From Gammaproteobacteria bacterium (GTDB lineage Bacteria > Pseudomonadota > Gammaproteobacteria > GCA-001735895), in contig JASJCI010000022.1 of assembly GCA_030066085.1 (NCBI GenBank), positions 6,644 to 70,643 on the forward strand: DNA of 64,000 nucleotides, read 5' to 3'. The position numbers were made by a program, and so were the translations under genes. The notes below the pieces were generated by a model that was given only the letters and a program-made list of their open reading frames with translations, was not told the DNA's origin and searched no databases. Positions 57,119 to 64,000 of the stretch are shown piece by piece. Each line of letters opens with the position of its first letter. Positions within the stretch are counted from its first letter, which is position 1.

Positions 57119-59794
57119 CTAGAGCGCGACGACGACGCGTACCGCGTCGAGGCGCAGGCGCGCATGGCCGAGCGCGCCGCGGAAGTGTTCGAGCTGATCG
57201 CGAAAGAACGCGATCTCGTCGTCGCGCACCCCGGGATTGACGACCTGCAGCGCGGTCAGGCGCTCGATTTCGTGGCCGAGCAGCGCCTCGCCGCGTTGCT
57301 CGGCGGCACGCACCAGACCCGGTACGCGGGTATCGGCCATGATCTCGGCGGCTTCGAGCATGCGGCCGAGTTCGTTTTCGCGCGCCTTGACGATCTTGAT
57401 CGCGGTGTCGCGATCGACGCGCTGCGCCACCAGCTGGCCGCCGTCGAGATCGAACCTGTCGCCGTGGTCGCCGCCGGCTTCGTCGACCACGACACGCACG
57501 CTGGCGTTGGGAAAATAGCGTTCGCCATGACTGCGAAAATCGTCGCTGAATTCCATCAGGAAATGACACTCGGCCAGCAGGCTGCCCGGCCGCGTGCCGG
57601 TGTAGGCCACCGCCACCAGCGCGGTGTTGCCGAATTCGCTGGACAGCACCATGTCCATCGCGTTGCGCACGAACGGGTGTTCCCAGCTGAGAAAATGCAG
57701 GTCCTCGCCGGCCAGCGCCGCGCTGCGCTGGTAAGTCACGGTCATGCCGTCCTCGGGCAATCCCGGCATCGGCGCGAGCATGTTGTCACCGGGCGTGATT
57801 ACCCAGCGATCCTGGCCGCGGATCTCGCTGTTGACGCCGTAACAGTCGTAGATCTTCTCCATGTAGCCGAACAGGTCGAATATCGACTCGCGCGCGAGCG
57901 CCTCGTCGATTAACGCGTCGGCTACCTGCGACCGGCAGGAATTGATTTCGAGCAGGCGATCGCGGCCGCGCTGCAGCGCGGCGTCGAGTTCGGCATGCAG
58001 CGCGCGGCTGCGCTCGATGAAATCGTCCGCCGGCGATTGCGGCTCGGCCAGCAGTTGCTCCAGTTCGACGCGCAGCTGCACGTAAACCGAGTGGCCGGCC
58101 GGGCAGGTGTGGCGAAAGGCGTCCAGCGCCTCGTGATACCAGCGGAACAGCAGCGCTTCCGCGCTGCCCTCGACATAGGGTACGTGGATATGGATGACCG
58201 CGTTCTGGCCGATCCGGTCGAGGCGGCCGATGCGCTGCTCGAGCAGATCCGGATTGTGCGGCAGGTCGAACAGCACGAGATGGTGGGCGAACTGGAAGTT
58301 GCGGCCCTCGCTGCCGATCTCGGACGACACCAGTACCTGGGCGCCGTCATAGGTTTCGGCGAACCAGGCCGCGGCGCGATCGCGCTCGACCAGGGTCAGG
58401 CCCTCGTGGAACAGCGCCGCGCGGATACCGTGGCGCTGCTGCAGCCAGCCCGCGAGATCGATCGCGGTCTCGGCCGCGGCCGCGATCACGAGCACCTTGC
58501 GCTCGCGCTTTGCGCGCAGGAAATCGACCAGCCAGTCGCGCGCGGGTGCTTCCCCCGCGGCGGGCGCGGGCAACGCCACCGGATGCACCTCGCGCTCGGG
58601 AAATCCCTGCACCACGTGACGCGTGTTGCGAAACAGCACGCGCCCGGTGCCGTGGCGATCGAGCAGGTCGTCGAGTTCCTGCACGCGCTGCGGATCGTCG
58701 AGCATGGCCTCGGCCTGTTGCGCAAGCTCGGCGTAACCCCGTTCCTCGGCCAGGAACCGCTCGAGGCTCGCGAAACGGTCCGGGTCGAGCAGGCGCAGGC
58801 GCGCAAAATGACTTTCCTTGCCCAGCTGCTCCGGGGTCGCGGTCAGCAGCAGCAGGCCCGGGGTTTTTTCCGCCAGGCTCTCGATGAGGCGATACTCGGG
58901 ACTGACCGCGTCGGGCGACCAGGCGAGGTGGTGCGCCTCGTCGACCACCAGCAGGTCCCATTCGCCGTCACGCGCACAGGCCGCCTGGCGCGGGCTGGCG
59001 GCGAGGAACTCGAGGCTGCACAACACCAGCTGCTCGCCGTGAAACGGATTCTCGCTGCCGTCGATTTCGGCTTCCGGGTGTTCCGGGTCGAGCAGTCGAT
59101 CGGCGTCGAAAATACTGAACATCAGGTTGAAGCGGCGCAACATTTCGACCAGCCACTGGTGCAGCAGCGATTCCGGCACGACGATCAGCACGCGGCGCGC
59201 GCGCTCCAGCAGCAGTTGCTGGTGCAGGATCAGGCCGGCCTCGATGGTCTTGCCGAGCCCCACCTCGTCGGCCAGCAAAACCCGCGGCGCGTAGCGACGC
59301 GATACCTCGTGCGCGATGTAGAGTTGATGCGCAATCAGGCTGGTGCGACAGCCGGCAAGGCCGTAAACCGGCGACTGCAGCAGATGATTGGCAATTTCCC
59401 GCGTTCGACAGCGCAGGTTGAACCACTTGTTGCGATCGATTTGCGCATTGAGCAGGCGCTCGGCCGGCTGGTTCAGCTGCAGGAAATTACTCAGCCGCCC
59501 CTCCGGCAGGTCGACCGCAGTACCGTGTTCGTCCTCGCAGCGATAGGTGATGAGCCCGGCGGATTCCTGCACCTCGAGCACGCGCAGGGGCGTGCCGTCC
59601 TGCCGCTCGACCCAGTCGTCGACGCGAAAACGCACCCGCGTCAACGGCGCATCGGCGCGGGCATAGATACGGGTTTCCCCGGTGGCTGGAAAAACGATGC
59701 TGACGGTACGGTGTTCGACCTCGATGACCATGCCGAGGCCGAGGTGAAGTTCGGCCGCACTGATCCAGCGCTGGCCGATGTCGAATTCCTGCAT
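57119..59794 (-). CDS. rapA: RNA polymerase-associated SNF2 ATPase RapA (HepA)
   Basis: 891 aa, colinear with E. coli RapA: GQRWIS, LLADEVGLGKTIEAG, DEAHHL, LLLTATPEQLG, and C-terminal helicase motifs QRIGRLDRIGQ. Confidence 0.95.
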   Translation of the reverse strand: MQEFDIGQRWISAAELHLGLGMVIEVEHRTVSIVFPATGETRIYARADAPLTRVRFRVDDWVERQDGTPLRVLEVQESAGLITYRCEDEHGTAVDLPEGRLSNFLQLNQPAERLLNAQIDRNKWFNLRCRTREIANHLLQSPVYGLAGCRTSLIAHQLYIAHEVSRRYAPRVLLADEVGLGKTIEAGLILHQQLLLERARRVLIVVPESLLHQWLVEMLRRFNLMFSIFDADRLLDPEHPEAEIDGSENPFHGEQLVLCSLEFLAASPRQAACARDGEWDLLVVDEAHHLAWSPDAVSPEYRLIESLAEKTPGLLLLTATPEQLGKESHFARLRLLDPDRFASLERFLAEERGYAELAQQAEAMLDDPQRVQELDDLLDRHGTGRVLFRNTRHVVQGFPEREVHPVALPAPAAGEAPARDWLVDFLRAKRERKVLVIAAAAETAIDLAGWLQQRHGIRAALFHEGLTLVERDRAAAWFAETYDGAQVLVSSEIGSEGRNFQFAHHLVLFDLPHNPDLLEQRIGRLDRIGQNAVIHIHVPYVEGSAEALLFRWYHEALDAFRHTCPAGHSVYVQLRVELEQLLAEPQSPADDFIERSRALHAELDAALQRGRDRLLEINSCRSQVADALIDEALARESIFDLFGYMEKIYDCYGVNSEIRGQDRWVITPGDNMLAPMPGLPEDGMTVTYQRSAALAGEDLHFLSWEHPFVRNAMDMVLSSEFGNTALVAVAYTGTRPGSLLAECHFLMEFSDDFRSHGERYFPNASVRVVVDEAGGDHGDRFDLDGGQLVAQRVDRDTAIKIVKARENELGRMLEAAEIMADTRVPGLVRAAEQRGEALLGHEIERLTALQVVNPGVRDDEIAFFRDQLEHFRGALGHARLRLDAVRVVVAL

Positions 59795-59895
59795 GGCTGC
59801 CGGGTTCCTTGAAGTCGCGCGATTATATCAGCCGAGCGACCGCGATCACCACCATCGCGGTTGCAGTCGCGCGGCAAGTTGCACAGAATGCGCGC

Positions 59896-60564
59896 ATGAT
59901 CGCGCTCGACGACAACGGCTACTTTATCACCGGTTCGGATACCGACGCCGGCAAGACCTACGTCGGCTGTGAAGTCGTGCGCCAGCTGAACGTCGCGGGC
60001 ATCGCCCTCGAAACCCGCAAGCCCGCCGAGTCGGGCTGCCAGCCCGATGCCAGCGGCATCCTGCTGACCCACGACGCCGCCGCGCTGCAGGCCGCCAGCG
60101 GCGAGCGTGAGCCGATCGAGCGCATAGCCCCGTACCGGTTTCGCGCTGCGTTGGCGCCGCATCGGGCCGCGCGCCTGGAAAACCGCGAACTTCGCCTGCA
60201 GCAATTAATCGATGCCTGCCAGCGCGACGACCCGAATCACCGCCTGATCGTGGAGGGTGCCGGCGGCTTCCTGTCGCCGCTGGCCGAGGACGGTCTCAAC
60301 GCCGACCTCGCCGCGGCGCTGCAACTGCCGTCGATCGTCGTCGTGCGCGATCGTATCGGCGCGGTCAACCAGGCCCTGATGACCGTCGAGGCCGTGAACA
60401 ATCGCGGTCTCGTCGTGGCCGCGGTGGTCATGAACCGGGTCGACGCCGAGATCGAGCCCGGCATGGACAACGCCGCCGACCTGCGCGCCTGGTGCGATCT
60501 TCCCGTGTTCGCCTGCGCACACGCGCAGCCGCTGCCGCCAATGTTCGAGATCCCGCGTGGCTGA
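59896..60564 (+). CDS. bioD: ATP-dependent dethiobiotin synthetase
   Basis: Start trimmed to MIALDDNGYFITGSDTDAGKT (P-loop). KPAESG and IVEGAGG blocks. Confidence 0.75.
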   Translation: MIALDDNGYFITGSDTDAGKTYVGCEVVRQLNVAGIALETRKPAESGCQPDASGILLTHDAAALQAASGEREPIERIAPYRFRAALAPHRAARLENRELRLQQLIDACQRDDPNHRLIVEGAGGFLSPLAEDGLNADLAAALQLPSIVVVRDRIGAVNQALMTVEAVNNRGLVVAAVVMNRVDAEIEPGMDNAADLRAWCDLPVFACAHAQPLPPMFEIPRG

Positions 60565-60600
60565 TCTTCGGCTAGCGAGCGCGGCGCGGCGCTGACGGCA

Positions 60601-61485
60601 TTGCAGCGGGGATACGCGCTCATCCTGGCCGGCTACATCGGCTGGGGACTGTTTCCGCTCTACTGGGCGCTGTTGACCCACGTGCCTGCCCTCGAAGTGC
60701 TGCTGCACCGCATGGCCTGGTCACTGCCGCTGCTCCTGCTGCTGGTCGGGCTGAGCGCTCGTCGACGCAGCCAGGTACGCGCCGCGCTGGCCAGCTGGCG
60801 CGAGCTGCGCTGGCTGGCGCTGACCGGCCTGATCGTCAGCTTCAACTGGGGCATCTATATCTGGGCGGTGGCCAACGCGCGGGTCATCGAGGCGAGCATG
60901 GGTTACTTCCTGACGCCGCTGATGAACGTACTCGGCGGCATCCTGGTATTCGGCGAACGGCTCGACCGCCTGCGCGTGCTGGCGCTCGCCTGCGCCGCCG
61001 CCGGCGTGGCCTGGTACATCGCGAGTACCGCGCTGGTACCCTGGGTCAGCCTGCTGGTCGGTAGCAGTTTTGCCGCTTACGGCCTGCTGCGCAAAAAAAT
61101 ATCGACCAACGCGATCCCCGGCCTGCTGATCGAAATACTGCTGCTGCTGCCGTTCACGCTGGCCGCCATCCTGTGGCTGCACGGGCGCGATGAAGCCCGC
61201 TTTCTCAAGCTCGATTTTGCCACCGACTTCTGGCTGGTGCTGGGCGGCACGGTCACGGTAGTACCGCTGGCGCTGTTTACCGCCGGCGCTCGCCTGCTGC
61301 CGATGACGACGGTCGGTATCCTGTTTTACGTCACGCCTTCACTGCAGTTCCTGTGCGGCTGGCTATGGCTCGGCGAAGCCCTGGATCTCGACAAGCTGAT
61401 CGGTTTTTGCGCCATCTGGACCGGGTTGGCGATCTTCAGTTACAGCCTGCTGCGCCCGGGCGAAACGCGGGTAAAGACTGGTTAG
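60601..61485 (+). CDS. rarD: RarD (EamA/DMT family) protein
   Basis: 294 aa. GWGLFPLYW and HRMAWS are the RarD N-terminal signature. Ten TM segments. Confidence 0.8.
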   Translation: MQRGYALILAGYIGWGLFPLYWALLTHVPALEVLLHRMAWSLPLLLLLVGLSARRRSQVRAALASWRELRWLALTGLIVSFNWGIYIWAVANARVIEASMGYFLTPLMNVLGGILVFGERLDRLRVLALACAAAGVAWYIASTALVPWVSLLVGSSFAAYGLLRKKISTNAIPGLLIEILLLLPFTLAAILWLHGRDEARFLKLDFATDFWLVLGGTVTVVPLALFTAGARLLPMTTVGILFYVTPSLQFLCGWLWLGEALDLDKLIGFCAIWTGLAIFSYSLLRPGETRVKTG

Positions 61486-61514
61486 TGACGGGATAATCCC
61501 GAGGTGTGCGCTGA

Positions 61515-62978
61515 TCAGGCGACGAAGTGCGGCATGTTACCGACCTCGACGACCTTCATCGCGTTGGTGCCGCCCCCGGTTCCCATCAGGTCGCCCTTGG
61601 TAATAATGACCAGGTCGCCGTCGGCAATCGTGCCGCGTTTGTGCATCAGGTCGACCGCCTCCTGGTTCGCCTCGGCATGGTTGGTGTGGATAGTCGGGAA
61701 ATAGATCGGGAACACGCCGCGATAGAGGTTGACCTTGCGCAGGGTGGAATCGTGCCGCGACAGCGCGTAGATCGGTATGCCCGAGCTGATGCGCGACATC
61801 CACAGCGCGGTCGAACCCGACTCGGTCAGGGTTGCGATCGCGCGCACGCCGAGATGATTGGCGGTGTACATGCTGGCCATCGCGATCGCTTCGTCGACCC
61901 GCTCGAACACGTCGTCGAGGCGATGGCGCGACTTGATCGCGCGCGCGTGCTGTTCCGCGTTATCGCAGATATCCGACATTGCCGCGACGGTTTTTGCCGG
62001 GTAGGCGCCGGTCGCGGTCTCCGCCGACAGCATCACCGCGTCGGTCCCGTCGAGCACCGCGTTGGCGACATCGAACACTTCGGCGCGGGTTGGAATCGGG
62101 TTGTCGCGCATCGATTCCATCATCTGGGTCGCGGTGATCACGACACAGTTGAGCGCGCGCGCCTTGCGAATGATGTCCTTTTGCGCCGCGGGCAGCTTGG
62201 CGTCACCGATCTCGACCCCGAGATCGCCGCGCGCGATCATGATCGCGTCCGACGCGCGGATGATTTCGTCGAGATTTTCGAGCGCTTCGGCGCGCTCGAT
62301 CTTGGCCACCAGCCCCGCCTGGCTACCCGCCTCGCGCAGCAGCCGCCGCGCGGTTTCGATATCCTCGGCGTTGCGTGGAAATGACACCGCGACGAAATCG
62401 GCATCGATCAAGGCCGAGGTCTTGATATCTTCGCGGTCCTTCGGCGTCAATACCTCGGCCGTCAGTCCGCCGCCCTTCAGGTTGATGCCCTTGTTATCGG
62501 ACAGCGTGCCGCCGACCTGCACGCGGCAGTGCACCTGGCTGCCCTCGACCGACTCGACCTCGAAGATCAGGCGTCCGTCGTCCAGCACCAGCAGGTTACC
62601 GGGGCCGACGTCGTCGGGCAGTTTCTGGTAAGTCACACCGACACCGTCACGATCGCCGTCGCCGTCGGCGCGCGCGGTATCGAGCACGAATGGATCGCCC
62701 ACCTCGAGCTCTACCGAGCCGTCGCGAAACTTGCACACGCGGATTTTCGGCCCCTGCAGGTCGGTCAGGATGGCGAGGTGACGATTGTTATCGTGACCGA
62801 TGCGACGGATTTTCTCCGCGCGCGCCTGGTGTTCCGCGGGCGTGCCGTGAGAAAAGTTGAGTCGCAGGACGTCGACGCCTGCCTTGATCAGCTCGTCGAT
62901 CGCGTCATCGGACTCGGTCGCCGGTCCGATGGTGGCCACGATCTTGGTCCTACGCGGTACGTTGCGTGTAATCGGCAT
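61515..62978 (-). CDS. pyk: Pyruvate kinase
   Basis: Start trimmed to [19 protein letters not shown]. Conserved PK blocks ([20 protein letters not shown]) and a C-terminal allosteric domain. The first 29 nt overlap the pgk 3' end. Confidence 0.9.
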   Translation of the reverse strand: MPITRNVPRRTKIVATIGPATESDDAIDELIKAGVDVLRLNFSHGTPAEHQARAEKIRRIGHDNNRHLAILTDLQGPKIRVCKFRDGSVELEVGDPFVLDTARADGDGDRDGVGVTYQKLPDDVGPGNLLVLDDGRLIFEVESVEGSQVHCRVQVGGTLSDNKGINLKGGGLTAEVLTPKDREDIKTSALIDADFVAVSFPRNAEDIETARRLLREAGSQAGLVAKIERAEALENLDEIIRASDAIMIARGDLGVEIGDAKLPAAQKDIIRKARALNCVVITATQMMESMRDNPIPTRAEVFDVANAVLDGTDAVMLSAETATGAYPAKTVAAMSDICDNAEQHARAIKSRHRLDDVFERVDEAIAMASMYTANHLGVRAIATLTESGSTALWMSRISSGIPIYALSRHDSTLRKVNLYRGVFPIYFPTIHTNHAEANQEAVDLMHKRGTIADGDLVIITKGDLMGTGGGTNAMKVVEVGNMPHFVA

Positions 62979-64000
62979 AACGTTGTTCCAGCATCGCGAC
63001 CGCGGGCAGCTGCTTGCCCTCGAGAAACTCGAGAAAAGCACCGCCGCCGGTCGAGATGTAGGAAATACGATCGGCGATGCCATACTTGTCGACCGCGGCC
63101 AGCGTATCGCCGCCGCCGGCGATCGAAAACGCGTCGGAGTCCGCAATCGCAGCGGCCAGCACCCGCGTGCCTTCACCGAACTGGTCGAACTCGAATACGC
63201 CGACAGGTCCGTTCCATACGATAGTGGCCGCCTGTTGCATGATTGTTGCAAAACGCGCGGCGGTTTGCGGACCGATATCGAAGATCATGTCGTCGTCGGC
63301 AACGTCCTCGACCGCCTTGATCTCGGCGGCCGCGGATTCGGCAAACTCCTTGCCGCAGACGACATCGGTCGGCACCGGTATTTCCCGCCCGGCCGCCGCG
63401 GCCGCGGCCATCAGGCGCTGTGCTTCGGGAACCAGGTCGGTTTCGACCAGCGACTTGCCGACGGGGTAGCCGGCCGCCGCGATAAAGGTATTGGCGATAC
63501 CACCGCCCGGAATCAACTGGTCGACGACGCCGGACAGCGCATCCAGCACCGTCAGCTTGGTCGACACCTTGGCGCCGCCGACGATCGCGACCACCGGGCT
63601 TTTCGGCTCGTGCAGGGCCTTGCCCAACGCGTCGAGCTCGGCCGCGAGCAGCGGGCCGGCGCAGGCAACCGGCGCAAGGCGGCCGACGCCATGGGTCGAC
63701 GCCTGGGCGCGATGCGCGGTGCCGAACGCATCCATGACGAAGATATCGCACAGCGCCGCGTAGGCCTGCGCCAGGGCTTGATCATCGGCTTTTTCACCCG
63801 GGTTGAAGCGCACGTTTTCGAGCAGCGCGACTTCACCATCGGCCAGCTCCGGGGCCCGCTGCAGGTAGTCGTCGACCAGCCGTAGCGGTCGATCCAGCGC
63901 CTGCGCGAGGTAATCCGCCACCGGCCGCAGCGAAAACTGCGCCTCGGGTTTACCCTCCTCCGGCCGGCCCAGGTGCGACATGATCATTAGCCTGGCGCCG
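62950..64000 (-). CDS. pgk: Phosphoglycerate kinase (partial; N-terminus beyond window end)
   Basis: [19 protein letters not shown] and GGGDT blocks. The reading frame is open to position 64000. Confidence 0.9.
   Translation of the reverse strand, partial: GARLMIMSHLGRPEEGKPEAQFSLRPVADYLAQALDRPLRLVDDYLQRAPELADGEVALLENVRFNPGEKADDQALAQAYAALCDIFVMDAFGTAHRAQASTHGVGRLAPVACAGPLLAAELDALGKALHEPKSPVVAIVGGAKVSTKLTVLDALSGVVDQLIPGGGIANTFIAAAGYPVGKSLVETDLVPEAQRLMAAAAAAGREIPVPTDVVCGKEFAESAAAEIKAVEDVADDDMIFDIGPQTAARFATIMQQAATIVWNGPVGVFEFDQFGEGTRVLAAAIADSDAFSIAGGGDTLAAVDKYGIADRISYISTGGGAFLEFLEGKQLPAVAMLEQRYADYTQRTA

Noticed and set aside
57995-59812. 605-aa plus-strand ORF opposite rapA
   Set aside because: Antisense to a full-length, colinear RapA.
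1-64000. CRISPR arrays, tRNA/rRNA genes, IS elements, integrases or phage genes
   Set aside because: No direct-repeat/spacer periodicity, no cloverleaf-like conserved tRNA blocks, no transposase- or integrase-like ORFs. The window is core chromosome.

Overview
This is a 64 kb stretch of chromosome at about 65-67% GC, with gammaproteobacterial core-gene synteny and no clear mobile elements. About 70 protein genes, one ncRNA (6S RNA, ssrS) and a small family of REP-like palindromic repeats can be supported. No CRISPR array, tRNA or rRNA was found.

Recognisable housekeeping blocks are lptD-surA-pdxA; rsmA-folA; apaG-apaH (inverted relative to the enteric arrangement); thyA-lgt; dgkA; gcvH; the P. 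aeruginosa-type cluster ubiI-ubiH-pepP-ygfB with divergent TIGR02449-zapA-ssrS; ilvA and rpiA; rpsI-rplM; coq7; osmC; crp; a trpEGDC operon with a Trp-rich leader peptide; rpe; purK-purE and purC; rapA; bioD; rarD; and pyk-pgk.

Accessory-looking content:
- a cobalt-type nitrile hydratase operon (alpha, beta, accessory);
- a NaChBac-type voltage-gated channel whose pore motif, TFEDWTD, resembles Ca-selective CavAb variants;
- frmA-frmB formaldehyde detoxification genes;
- a TetR / RND (HAE3, MMPL-like) / DUF1329-like / DUF1302-like cluster;
- a DUF4124-trypsin protease;
- a lower-GC pocket holding an FHA mini-protein convergent with a LysM-like/FecR-like anchored protein;
- a class III nucleotide cyclase at the window edge.

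I see no compelling multi-gene system that is clearly novel. The FHA/LysM-FecR pocket and the secreted-protein plus membrane-protein pair at 55.9-57.0 kb are the least explained loci. All functional calls rest on motif and family recognition from the translated ORFs; no database search was possible. Start codons were trimmed where conserved N-termini and SD sequences indicated it, and coordinates include stop codons.
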